Below, piece by piece: positions 9,603 to 19,059 of a stretch of 64,000 bases of DNA. The DNA is from Terriglobia bacterium. GTDB taxonomy: Bacteria; Acidobacteriota; Terriglobia; Acidiferrales; UBA7541. The notes under the pieces are model-generated. The model worked only from the letters and a program-made list of their open reading frames with translations, did no database searches and was not told where the DNA came from. The translations under genes were made by a program, and so were the position numbers. The DNA is taken from contig OY968796.1 of assembly GCA_963695545.1 (NCBI GenBank), positions 736,001-800,000 on the forward strand, given 5' to 3'. The first letter of the stretch is position 1; each line of letters starts with the position of its first letter.

Positions 9603-10766
9603 GTGAATTTCGAGCTCACCGAAGAGCAGCAATTGCTTCAACGCACCGTTCGCGAGTTCGCGCGCAACGAAGTCCAGCCGCTCGCGAAGGAGCTGGACGA
9701 AACTGGTCATTTTCCAATGGAAACTTTTCGCAAGGCCGCCGCGCTCGGCCTCACCGGCGTGGCCTTTCCCGAATCCGAAGGCGGCGCGGGTTTCGACCAC
9801 GTCTCCACAGCAATCATGATCGAGGAAATTTCCCGCGCCTGCGCCTCCACCGGCGTGATTCTCTCCGTGCAGAATTCTCTTTGCTGCGAACCGCTTCACC
9901 GCTTCGGCACCGACGCGCAAAAGAAGAAATTCCTCGAGCCCTTTCTGCGCGGCGAAAAAATCGGCTGCTACGCGCTCACCGAACCGCAAGCCGGCTCCGA
10001 CGCGCGCGCCATTGAAACCCGCGCCGTGCGCAAGGGCGATCGCTACATCGTGAATGGCTCAAAAGCCTGGATCACCAATGGCGGCGTCGCCGACGCCGCG
10101 ATCGTCTATGTCAAAACCGATCCGACGATGGGAGAAAAAGGAATCAGCGCGCTAATCATTGAACGCGGAAAAGAAGGCGAGAGCGGTACATCAGGCTTTC
10201 GCGCCGGCAAGGAGGAAGAAAAACTCGGCATCCACGCCACCGCCTGCGTCGAGCTGAGGTTCGACGATTGCGAAGTCCCAATTGAAAATCGCATTGGCGA
10301 AGAAGGCGAAGGTTACCGGATCGCGCTCTCCACCCTCGATGGCGGCCGCGTCGGCATCGCCGCCCAGGCCACGGGAATTGCGCAAGGTGCTTTCGATCAA
10401 GCGCTGGCCTACGCGCAGCAGCGGCGTGCTTTCGGCCACGCGATCGCGGGGTTTCAGGCCATCCAATTCATGCTCGCCGATATGGCCACGGAAATCGAAG
10501 CCGCGCGCTGCCTGGTGCGCCAGGCCGCGTGGAAGCAAGATAGCGGCGCGCGATTTTCGCGCGAAGCATCGATCGCCAAACTCTTCGCCTCCGAACTCGC
10601 CACGCGCGCAACGCACAAAGCCATGCAGATTCACGGCGCCAGCGGCTACAGCCGCGAATATCCCGTCGAGCGAATGTATCGCGACGCGCGCGTCACCGAA
10701 ATCTACGAAGGCACCAGCCAAATCCAGCGCCTGGTGATCGCCTCCTGGGTCCTGAAATCCGCCTGA
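9603..10766 (+). CDS. Acyl-CoA dehydrogenase (short-chain/butyryl-CoA type)
   Basis: YALTEPQAGSD, NGSKAWITNG, LDGGRVGIAAQ, RDARVTEIYEGTSQIQR. Confidence 0.93.
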   Translation: MNFELTEEQQLLQRTVREFARNEVQPLAKELDETGHFPMETFRKAAALGLTGVAFPESEGGAGFDHVSTAIMIEEISRACASTGVILSVQNSLCCEPLHRFGTDAQKKKFLEPFLRGEKIGCYALTEPQAGSDARAIETRAVRKGDRYIVNGSKAWITNGGVADAAIVYVKTDPTMGEKGISALIIERGKEGESGTSGFRAGKEEEKLGIHATACVELRFDDCEVPIENRIGEEGEGYRIALSTLDGGRVGIAAQATGIAQGAFDQALAYAQQRRAFGHAIAGFQAIQFMLADMATEIEAARCLVRQAAWKQDSGARFSREASIAKLFASELATRATHKAMQIHGASGYSREYPVERMYRDARVTEIYEGTSQIQRLVIASWVLKSA

Positions 10767-10835
10767 CCCGTCCGCCGCGATCTGCACACGCGTGCTTGGT
10801 TTCGCCGCTAGGGCCTCGCGTTATAAGCTGAGCGC

Positions 10836-12020
10836 ATGCTCGAACTTGACGCCTGCGCCGAATTCGACGCTGCGCACGACGCCGATTTTCTCGCGCGCCT
10901 CCCGCAGCGCCCCGCCGTATTTCGCATCGAGCCGCGAGCCGAACTTGCCGGCGCACAGCCCCACTTGCTGCGCACCGCCGATCTGCGCCGGCGCCTCGAG
11001 CGCCTTCTCGGTCCGCCCGATTCCGCCTCGAAGCGCCTGAATCTGCGCGCGTATGCTGCGCGCGTTTTCTATCGCGTGGCCGGATCGCAGTTCGAGCTGC
11101 GCTATCTCCATTGGCTGCACGCCAGAGCGTTGTGGCCCGCGGCGTATCGCGAGCGCATGCGCATGCGTCCGCCCGCGATGCTCAAGGTCAATCTCGCGAA
11201 CGCCTATCCGCGCTGCACCGTCACGCGGCGCATCGGCTCGTCCGCCTTTTATCACGGGCCGTACGCATCCCGACGAGCCGCCGAAGCGTTCTCCAGCCGA
11301 TTTCTCGATCTCTTCAAGATTCGCCGCTGCCACATCAAGATCCTGCGCGATCCGAATTTTCCCGGCTGCATCTATTCCGAAATGAAAATGTGCCTCGCTC
11401 CGTGTTTCGCCGGCTGCACCAAACCGGAATACGACGTCGAAGTCGGCCGCGTCGTCGCATTTCTTTCCACCGGCGGCCAATCGCTGGAGCAGGAACTCGA
11501 AGCCGCGCGCGATTCCGCAAGCGAACAACAGGATTTTGAGCGCGCACGTTCGCTGCATCGGAACATCGAAAAAACCGAAGACGTGCTGCGTGGCTTGCCG
11601 GAACTCGCCCGGCGCCTCGAAGATTTGAATGCCGTCGTGCTGCAAGCCGCGGCCGAGCCGCAAACCGTCGCGATCTTCGCTGTGCGCGAAGGCCGCATCG
11701 CCGAGCCATTTCTCTTGCGCTTCGCGGAATTGGCCACCCAACCGCGCTCGGCAGAAGAATTGCTCCGCGAAGCGCTCGAAGCCCAGGCCGCCGCGCCGCC
11801 GCGCGACAACCCGCGCGAACTCGAGGACCACTTGGCTCTGCTCTCGCGCTGGTATTACTCGAAGCCGCGCGCGGGAGAAATTTTCCTTCGCACCGGTCCG
11901 TCAGCCGATGGCTGGCCTTATCGCCGCATCCTGCGCGCGTGTTCGCGCATCTTGGCGCCAACGCCCTCGTCGAAGCCGAAGCCGGCGACAAATATCGATC
12001 CGTCAGAGCCGATAGCCTGA
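10836..12020 (+). CDS. UvrC N-terminal-like protein (degenerate GIY-YIG, Cys cluster, UVR coiled coil)
   Basis: LPQRPAVF, YHGPY, FKIRRC...CIYSEMKMCLAPC, ASEQQDFERA; no RNase-H or HhH C-terminal region recognised. Confidence 0.7.
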   Translation: MLELDACAEFDAAHDADFLARLPQRPAVFRIEPRAELAGAQPHLLRTADLRRRLERLLGPPDSASKRLNLRAYAARVFYRVAGSQFELRYLHWLHARALWPAAYRERMRMRPPAMLKVNLANAYPRCTVTRRIGSSAFYHGPYASRRAAEAFSSRFLDLFKIRRCHIKILRDPNFPGCIYSEMKMCLAPCFAGCTKPEYDVEVGRVVAFLSTGGQSLEQELEAARDSASEQQDFERARSLHRNIEKTEDVLRGLPELARRLEDLNAVVLQAAAEPQTVAIFAVREGRIAEPFLLRFAELATQPRSAEELLREALEAQAAAPPRDNPRELEDHLALLSRWYYSKPRAGEIFLRTGPSADGWPYRRILRACSRILAPTPSSKPKPATNIDPSEPIA

Positions 12021-12078
12021 ACTACGACCCACCGATTCGCGCGCCGATTCTCTATACTATGGCCTCCAGGGAGGGACT

Positions 12079-13188
12079 ATGAGCGGAGCGACGCCGGAAG
12101 GAACGCAGCGCTACGCCGGGCGGTTTGCGAGCCGCGCGGCCGCGGGCCACTTTCGCACGCAGCAAGAATTCTTGCTGAGCTCGATCGGCATCGGCACGTA
12201 TCTCGGCGAGCCCGACGACGCAACCGACCGCGCCTACACCGAAGCGATCGTTGCCGCGGTCGAAGGCGGCGCGAATGTGGTGGACACCGCGATCAATTAT
12301 CGCTTCCAGCGCAGCGAGCGTTCGGTCGGTGCAGCGCTCGAAGAACTCGCGCGTCGCGGCTTTGCGCGCGATGAAGTCGTAGTCTGCACCAAGGGCGGCT
12401 TCCTCACGCCGGACGGCGAAATGCCCGCCGACGTCGCGGATTATTTCCAGCGCACCTACGTTTCAACCGGTCTCGTACGCGCCGAGGACGTCGCCGCCGG
12501 CTGCCACGTTCTCGCGCCGCGCTTCCTCGCCGATCAGATCGAGCGCAGCCGGAAAAATCTCGGCGTCGAAACCATCGACGTCTATTACCTGCACAATCCC
12601 GAAACGCAGCTCGGCGAATTCCCGCCCGAAGAATTTGAAAAGCGCCTGCACGCCGCGTTCGAGTTTCTCGAAACGGCGGTCGCGGAGGGCAAAATTCGCT
12701 TCTACGGCCTGGCCACCTGGAACGGTTTCCGCCAGCCGGAAACCGCGCGGGATGCGCTCTCGCTCGCGAAGATCGACATTCTGGCGCGGTCGCTCGCCGG
12801 CGAAAACCACCACTGCCGCTTCGTGCAATTGCCCTACAATCTCGGCATGACCGAAGCGCTCACGCGCGCAAATCAGGCCATCGATTCGCGCACGCTGCCC
12901 ATGATCGAAGCGGCGCACGCGCTGGGTATCACGCTTGTGGCCAGCGCGTCCCTCCTGCAAGGCCAAGTCGCGCGCAATTTGCCGCCTTTCATCGCGCAGT
13001 TGCTCGGCCTTGAAAACGACGCCGAGCGCGCGCTGCAATTTGTACGCTCGACTCCGGGCATCTCAACGGCGCTCGTGGGCATGAGCCGTGTCAAACACGT
13101 CCGCGCAAATCTTCGCCTGGTGGGAATCGCACCCGCGCCGCAAGATGCGTTCACAAAACTGTTCGAGCGCCGCGCGCCCGCGCCATAG
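12079..13188 (+). CDS. Aldo/keto reductase
   Basis: SSIGIGTY, DTAINY, VVCTKGG, IDVYYLHNPE, ALVGMS; GGAGGG SD. Confidence 0.88.
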   Translation: MSGATPEGTQRYAGRFASRAAAGHFRTQQEFLLSSIGIGTYLGEPDDATDRAYTEAIVAAVEGGANVVDTAINYRFQRSERSVGAALEELARRGFARDEVVVCTKGGFLTPDGEMPADVADYFQRTYVSTGLVRAEDVAAGCHVLAPRFLADQIERSRKNLGVETIDVYYLHNPETQLGEFPPEEFEKRLHAAFEFLETAVAEGKIRFYGLATWNGFRQPETARDALSLAKIDILARSLAGENHHCRFVQLPYNLGMTEALTRANQAIDSRTLPMIEAAHALGITLVASASLLQGQVARNLPPFIAQLLGLENDAERALQFVRSTPGISTALVGMSRVKHVRANLRLVGIAPAPQDAFTKLFERRAPAP

Positions 13189-13226
13189 TCCTGTGCGCAC
13201 CGGCGCGCTCGCGCCGATGCAAGTTC

Positions 13227-13916
13227 TTACTTCGGCCGCGCCGTGCGCAATCCGTCGCGGTACTCGGCCAGCCACGCCGCGAGCACGCGATCAAGTTCCT
13301 CGAGATGCCCAGTGAAAAAATGGTTGGCCCCCGCGATCAGAATTAATTCTGTGCGCTTTTTCGCGCGCGCCGGCAAACCCGCCACAAGCGCTTCCAGATT
13401 TTCTCTTGGCGCGTACTGATCGTGATCGCCGCTCACCAACAATTTCGGCTTCACGCACGCTGACAAGTACGACGCGTCGACGTTGCCAACCGGCAATCCC
13501 AAGCCCGCAAGCGCCGCGACCCGCGCGTCCTCACAGCCGACGCGCAAGCCAATCCACGCCCCGAAACTGAATCCCGCGAGCAACAGTGGTACGCCCGGAA
13601 ATCGCTCGGCCAAAAAATCGAGAGCCGCGCGCACGTCATCGTTCTCGCCACGGCCGCCGTCGTGCGCGCCCTCGCTCAGTCCCACGCCGCGAAAATTGAA
13701 ACGCAGCACGGGTAATCCCGCGCGATGCAAGGTCTTCGCCGCTTGATACACAACTTTATTGTGTAGGGTGCCGCCAAACAGCGGATGCGGGTGGCACACA
13801 ATCGCCGCCAGCGTCGGCGCGCCATTTCCGGCGGACACGTCCCAGAACAACGCTTCGAGATTCCCCGCCGAGCCACGCAGCAGCACGCTACGATGCGCCA
13901 ATTCGCTCGTCGCCAT
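13227..13916 (-). CDS. Alpha/beta hydrolase
   Basis: CHPHPLFGGTLHNKVV, LRFNFRGVG, GFSFG nucleophile elbow, GANHFF. Confidence 0.88.
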   Translation of the reverse strand: MATSELAHRSVLLRGSAGNLEALFWDVSAGNGAPTLAAIVCHPHPLFGGTLHNKVVYQAAKTLHRAGLPVLRFNFRGVGLSEGAHDGGRGENDDVRAALDFLAERFPGVPLLLAGFSFGAWIGLRVGCEDARVAALAGLGLPVGNVDASYLSACVKPKLLVSGDHDQYAPRENLEALVAGLPARAKKRTELILIAGANHFFTGHLEELDRVLAAWLAEYRDGLRTARPK

Positions 13917-14054
13917 TTGAACCATTTTACTTGTCCCTGGCGGCGAAAGCGTTTCAAAATAGAGCATCGCCGCGATGGACGATTCCCTTGCATCGCGATG
14001 CCATCAATGTTACGTTCAGGCCGACCCTGGGGCGTACTCTTCTAGGGGAAGATT

Positions 14055-14381
14055 ATGCCAAACGGAATCGAACGCCGGGCATCCCGCAGATTTACGATGG
14101 CGTTACCCTTAACGGTGCGTTCTTCCGGACCCGGCGGAGACACCGAGCGCCAGGGCAGGACTCGCGACGTTAGTTTCCGCGGCTTGTATTTCACCGTCGA
14201 CAACCAGTACGAGGCCGGCAGCGCCCTGCAATTCATCCTTACGCTGCCTAAAGAAATCACCATGGCTGGCGACGTCAACATTCTTTGTTACGCGCAGGTC
14301 GTGCGCGTCGAGCCGCAACCCGATCAATTCGGCGTGGCTGCCAAAATCGACCGCTACGAATTCCTCTCCGCGCCCGCCTAA
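14055..14381 (+). CDS. Stand-alone PilZ-domain protein
   Basis: RRASRRF (RxxxR) and DVSFRG (DxSxxG) c-di-GMP-binding motifs. Confidence 0.85.
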   Translation: MPNGIERRASRRFTMALPLTVRSSGPGGDTERQGRTRDVSFRGLYFTVDNQYEAGSALQFILTLPKEITMAGDVNILCYAQVVRVEPQPDQFGVAAKIDRYEFLSAPA

Positions 14382-14482
14382 ATCAAACATCCTCTCTCGC
14401 TCCGCGGCAACTTTCCGCTCCGGCCCTCGGAATGGCGTACAATTGTTTTTCCGAAGCTGTTCGGAAGTCCGGAGGACCCACG

Positions 14483-14710
14483 ATGTACCATTACGACGCC
14501 AAGACCGCTCTCGAAGAGCTCACCGAAGAGGCGATACTGCCGCACCCGGTGCGCGTGCGCGACATGATGCTGCGCACGCAGCTTCCGCCCAACGACGCTC
14601 TCGATTTGAGCCGCGAATTTCAAAGTTATCTTTCCCATTTCGGCGAAACGCAGAAGATCGCGAAAACCATCCTCGAAAAACTCGCAGCCGGCGTCCCGAA
14701 GAATCCGTGA
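14483..14710 (+). CDS. Small helical hypothetical protein (75 aa)
   Basis: GGAGGA SD before ATG 14483; protein-like composition (MYHYDAKTALEEL...). Confidence 0.7.
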   Translation: MYHYDAKTALEELTEEAILPHPVRVRDMMLRTQLPPNDALDLSREFQSYLSHFGETQKIAKTILEKLAAGVPKNP

Positions 14711-14725
14711 AGAATTCCTAGCCAC

Positions 14726-15412
14726 ATGGCGCGAGAGACCCTGCTGATTGATGCCGACGACACCCTCTGGGAAAACAATGTTTTCTTCGAGGAGGCTATC
14801 GACGTGCTCCTCGCGCTGGCGGGCCCGCTCGGTTACTCGCGCGAATACGCGCGCCACATCCTGAACGAAACCGAATTGAGAAATATCCGCCAGCATGGTT
14901 ACGGCGTGCGCAGCTTCGCGCGCTCGCTTGAAGAAACTTATGTGAAGCTCGCTGGAAATCTGGCGCAGCGCGCGGCCATTGAGGAAATTCGCCGCGCGAT
15001 CGTGAAACTCGAGCAGACGCCTCCGCAAATGCTGCCGGGCGTGGCCGAAACTCTCGCGTATCTCGCAGGGCGCCACCGCCTGATTCTGTTCAGCAAGGGA
15101 GAAGCCGCCGAGCAGGCGGCCAAAGTGGAGCGCTCCGGAGTCCAGACGCACTTCGAGGCCATCGAAATCGTCGCCGAAAAAGATGTGCCGACGTATCTCG
15201 GAATCGTGAACAAGCATCACGTGGTGAAATCGCGCGGATGGATGATTGGCAACAGCCCGCACAGCGATATCAATCCAGCGCTGGAGGCTGGACTCAACGC
15301 CGTTTTCATTCCGCATCCCGCAACCTGGCAGCTCGAGCACGAGGAAATTCGCAGCGGCGTGGGCCGTTTGGTGGTCCTCGGGCGCTTTGGCGATTTGCGG
15401 GAACATTTTTGA
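14726..15412 (+). CDS. HAD superfamily hydrolase
   Basis: LIDADDTLW motif I, SKG motif II, MIGNSPHSD motif IV. Confidence 0.88.
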   Translation: MARETLLIDADDTLWENNVFFEEAIDVLLALAGPLGYSREYARHILNETELRNIRQHGYGVRSFARSLEETYVKLAGNLAQRAAIEEIRRAIVKLEQTPPQMLPGVAETLAYLAGRHRLILFSKGEAAEQAAKVERSGVQTHFEAIEIVAEKDVPTYLGIVNKHHVVKSRGWMIGNSPHSDINPALEAGLNAVFIPHPATWQLEHEEIRSGVGRLVVLGRFGDLREHF

Positions 15413-15433
15413 AGTCGATGAAATGGAGTTGAA

Positions 15434-16597
15434 ATGGACGGGGCCATCGTGACCGAAGCACGCACAGATTGGCGCAACGAATGGTTTGAATTCGAGGACG
15501 CCGTGTATTTGAACGCGGCCAGCATCGGGCCGCTGCCGCGCGTTGCGGTGCGCGCGGTACAGCAGGCGCTCGAGTGGGAGAAATTTCCAAACAAATTGCC
15601 GGAGAACGCGCACTTCGCGCAGCCGAATCGCGTGCGCGCGCTCTTGGCCAAACTGATCGCCGCGCGGCCGGAGGAGATCGCGCTGACGACCGGCACAAGC
15701 GGCGGGCTGCAGGCCATCGCCACCGGAATGGAATGGCACAAAGGCGACGAAATTCTGGTCGCGCGCGGAGAATTTCCCGCGCATTTCACCACCTGGCTGC
15801 CGCTTGAGCGCTCGGCCGGAGTGAAGGTGACAGTCGTTGCGCCGCGCGGGCGTTTTCTCACCGCCGATGACTACATCGAACGAATCGGTCCACAAACGCG
15901 CCTGGTCTCCGCAAGTCTGGTGCGCTTCGACGATGGCGCGCTGCTGGACGGGCGTCGCGTAGCCGATGCGTGCCACGCGGCGAACGCGCTTCTCGCGCTC
16001 GACGCCGCGCAATGCGCGGGGGCGATGCCCATCGACGTGGCGTCACTCGGTTGCGATTTCCTCGTGGCGTCGGGATACAAGTGGCTGCTCTCGCCGTACG
16101 GCACGGGATTTATGTGGATGCGCGGCGCGCTGATCGAGCAGATGCGCGAAACTCCCTTTTACTGGCAAGCGCTCGAGGACGCGGAAAATTTTCATTCGCT
16201 CTCGATCGGCAAATACACGCGGGCGCAAGGCGCGCGGCGCTGGGATTCATCCGAAACCGCGAGCTTTCTGAATCTCGCGGCGATGGAAGCGTCGCTCGAA
16301 TTTCTGTTGCGCACCGGCGTGCGCACGATCTGGGAGCACTGCCGCGCGCTGGTTGACGATTTGATTCGCCGGCTGCCGAGCGATCGCTGCGTGCTCGCAA
16401 GCCCGGGCGATCCTGCTGGCCGCGGACAGTATATTTGCATCGCGGCGCACCGGCCCGACGGAACGGCCGCGTTATTTGAGAAGCTGCAAAAAGCGGGCGT
16501 GCTCGTCGCGCTTCGCGAGGGAGCGCTGCGCGTCTCGCCGCACGTTTACAACTCCGAACGCGACATCGACCGGTTGCTCACGGTGCTGACGGTCTGA
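15434..16597 (+). CDS. Class V PLP-dependent aminotransferase (cysteine desulfurase/kynureninase-like)
   Basis: YLNAASIGP, DAAQ, SGYKWL (PLP lysine), RVSPHVYN. Confidence 0.88.
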   Translation: MDGAIVTEARTDWRNEWFEFEDAVYLNAASIGPLPRVAVRAVQQALEWEKFPNKLPENAHFAQPNRVRALLAKLIAARPEEIALTTGTSGGLQAIATGMEWHKGDEILVARGEFPAHFTTWLPLERSAGVKVTVVAPRGRFLTADDYIERIGPQTRLVSASLVRFDDGALLDGRRVADACHAANALLALDAAQCAGAMPIDVASLGCDFLVASGYKWLLSPYGTGFMWMRGALIEQMRETPFYWQALEDAENFHSLSIGKYTRAQGARRWDSSETASFLNLAAMEASLEFLLRTGVRTIWEHCRALVDDLIRRLPSDRCVLASPGDPAGRGQYICIAAHRPDGTAALFEKLQKAGVLVALREGALRVSPHVYNSERDIDRLLTVLTV

Positions 16598-16683
16598 ACC
16601 GTTTTGCCGCGCGAGCGAATGCAAATCACGCGCACAAACCAAATCAAACTTCCGAACCAAGGGCGATCGATCGCGTTTCATTT

Positions 16684-18387
16684 TCAATACACAGGTTCCG
16701 GCGGCGGAGCGTGAAATGGAATTCGCACGATGGCCACAAGCTCCACAGGCTCGCCTTGGCGCTCAGCCGGTTGAAATTTCCAACGTGCGAGCGCGTCCAT
16801 AGCGTCTTGGTCGAGCTCGGGATCCAAACCCTGAACCAACTGGATGCTGTCGACCGAGCCGTCCTTGCGAATCACGGCGTAGAGCACGACCTCGCCTTCC
16901 ACTTTCTCCAGTTTTAGCTCCGGCGGATATTTCGGATCGACTTTGCGCAGCGGCACGGGGCCGACCAAACCCGTGTCCGCGGGCTTCGGTCTGCCATTGG
17001 GAATATATTCGGGCGCGCCAAGTTCGGCGAAGCTCAGAACCCAGTCGCCCATCGAGCTCGCGAGATTGGGCATGTCAACCTTGAGTGTGTAAACGTCGTT
17101 CGAGCCTAGCAGCGATTCGGGGCGCGCGCCGGGCGCGAGCGCCACTTTGAGCGAGGCCTCGCCGGCCGGCGCAGACTTCGCGCCACTTGAACTCGAAGCG
17201 CGGGGGACGGGCCTCGGGTCGCCGGAAGCGGAGCCAGAGCCGCGGCCGCGGCCGCCCGCGCCCGACGGACCGGAGATGGCGGCGACAGGCGCATCGGGCA
17301 AACGCCCGCTGCTGCTGATGCCGATGCCGGGAGGTCCAGTGCCCGCGTGAGAGCCGGAATCGGCAGCGCCCGATCCATTCAGCGCGCCTTTGTGGGCGTC
17401 GGGAGAAATCGAAATGCGCGCCTGCAGATTGCCTTGCGGAATGGGAGGCGGCGGAGCGGCGGGTCCGGGCGTTTCGGAGAGCGCGATCACACGGCCGCCG
17501 TCGCCATTCACGCTCGGCCCAATCTCGGGCGCAGGCGCGGCAGAATTCGCTTGGTTCGCGCGCGATCGAGCCTGCGCTCGACTCATCGCCGGCACGGCCA
17601 TTGCGGGTTTCGGCGTGTCGCTGGCGGAGGGCACGATATCGATCGGACCCGCCGGAGTTGCAGGATTCGAAATGTCCGGAGCGGCGACGTCCGAGCGTTT
17701 GTTTGCGGCGAGCGCCGGCTGCATGCGCGACATCGCGGTCGGCGAAAGACGCAAATCCGGATGAGCGGAATCGTCGTCGCTCCACTGCACGATGTTGGGC
17801 AATACAGGGAGAATTTTTGGAGGCGTATCCGGCGCCGAAGGCTCGAGTAATTCCTGGCGCGGATGATTCGGCTTGAGCGGCTGACTCCAAATGATTTGGC
17901 GCGGGTTATAGGCATCCGCGCCGGGCGCGGCTTCCGCTTCAGGCGCGGGCGGCGGCTCGATCGCGTTCCGCTCAGACTGCTTGCGCACACGCGGAGCGGG
18001 CGAGAGCGCGGGCAAATCGGGCGCCGGGTCGGGCGCGGGATCCGCCGGAGGATCGTACCAAGTGAGTTGTACATCGGGTCCGGCGAGACGAGGACGCTGA
18101 ATGTTCCAGTGCGGATTCGCGATGATGAGGAACGCGGCCTCGAGCACGATCGCGACCGCGAACGCGAGCTTCGGGGAGCGCGCGACGATCCAGCAATCGC
18201 GAAAGTAGGGCGCGCCGAGAAATTTGCGCGGAGGTTTTGGTCCGGCGAAAATCGCGCGCACGCTGGAGCGAAAGTTTTCGCGCGGATTGGTCCAGCGCAC
18301 GGCCAACTGCGGTCCAGGCGGCGCAAGGCGAGCCGTCCAAGCGGCGCCGGCCGCGCGCAATGCTTCGGGTTGGAGTCGTAAGGACAC
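16684..18387 (-). CDS. TonB family protein (TM anchor, long Pro/Gly/Ser linker, TonB C-terminal domain)
   Basis: KVDPKYP...VEGEVVL.AVI..DGSV...LD..AM.AL..WKFQPA; one N-proximal TM. Confidence 0.85.
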   Translation of the reverse strand: MSLRLQPEALRAAGAAWTARLAPPGPQLAVRWTNPRENFRSSVRAIFAGPKPPRKFLGAPYFRDCWIVARSPKLAFAVAIVLEAAFLIIANPHWNIQRPRLAGPDVQLTWYDPPADPAPDPAPDLPALSPAPRVRKQSERNAIEPPPAPEAEAAPGADAYNPRQIIWSQPLKPNHPRQELLEPSAPDTPPKILPVLPNIVQWSDDDSAHPDLRLSPTAMSRMQPALAANKRSDVAAPDISNPATPAGPIDIVPSASDTPKPAMAVPAMSRAQARSRANQANSAAPAPEIGPSVNGDGGRVIALSETPGPAAPPPPIPQGNLQARISISPDAHKGALNGSGAADSGSHAGTGPPGIGISSSGRLPDAPVAAISGPSGAGGRGRGSGSASGDPRPVPRASSSSGAKSAPAGEASLKVALAPGARPESLLGSNDVYTLKVDMPNLASSMGDWVLSFAELGAPEYIPNGRPKPADTGLVGPVPLRKVDPKYPPELKLEKVEGEVVLYAVIRKDGSVDSIQLVQGLDPELDQDAMDALARWKFQPAERQGEPVELVAIVRIPFHAPPPEPVY

Positions 18388-18492
18388 GGACTATCAATTA
18401 TACGCTGGCAATCGACGCGGGGTTGTCCGCAACCGCGGGATCGCCGCAAATAAAACCACGGCGTAGCATGCGAACGAGCGGCGGAAAGCACG

Positions 18493-19056
18493 TTAACCGC
18501 GCGCGGCCAAGCGATAGAAACCGAGCGCCGCATCTCCCTGCTCGACAATACGCGCACGATCCAGGCCCGCGATTGTCTCGACGGGCGGGCGCTTGCGCGC
18601 AAATTCGGCGATCACTCGCCCGGCCGGGGCCACCAATTTCGAGCGACCCAGAAATTCGAGGATGCTCTCGTATTCGGCAGCCGCGTCGTACGGCGGATCG
18701 AGAAAAACGAGGTCGGCTTGAACGCCGCGCGATTCAAGACGCTCGCATCCGCGCAGTGCGTCAACCGCGAGAACTTCGGCGCCAGACGCGACGCCAAGCG
18801 ATGCGAGATTCCGGCGAATCAGCGTGATGCCCGCTCGATGCGATTCGACGAAAAAGACCTGGCGCGCGCCGCGGCTGAGCGCCTCGATGCCGACGGCGCC
18901 CGTGCCGGCGAAAAGATCGAGAAACACCGAGCCTTCGACGCTCGGCCCGAGAATGTCGAACAGCGTTTCGCGCAGGCGATCGCTGGTGGGACGCAGCTTC
19001 ATGCCGCGCGGCGCGGCGAGCGTCCGGCTTCGATATTTTCCGGCGACGACGCGCAT
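18493..19056 (-). CDS. rsmD: 16S rRNA m2G966 methyltransferase
   Basis: MRVVAG, RPTSDRLRETLF, LDLFAGTGAVGIEALSRGA, FLDPPY. Confidence 0.93.
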   Translation of the reverse strand: MRVVAGKYRSRTLAAPRGMKLRPTSDRLRETLFDILGPSVEGSVFLDLFAGTGAVGIEALSRGARQVFFVESHRAGITLIRRNLASLGVASGAEVLAVDALRGCERLESRGVQADLVFLDPPYDAAAEYESILEFLGRSKLVAPAGRVIAEFARKRPPVETIAGLDRARIVEQGDAALGFYRLAARG

Positions 19057-19059
19057 CGT

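Noticed and set aside
14378..16012. 544-aa minus-strand ORF
   Set aside because: Antisense to three well-supported plus-strand genes; shadow ORF.
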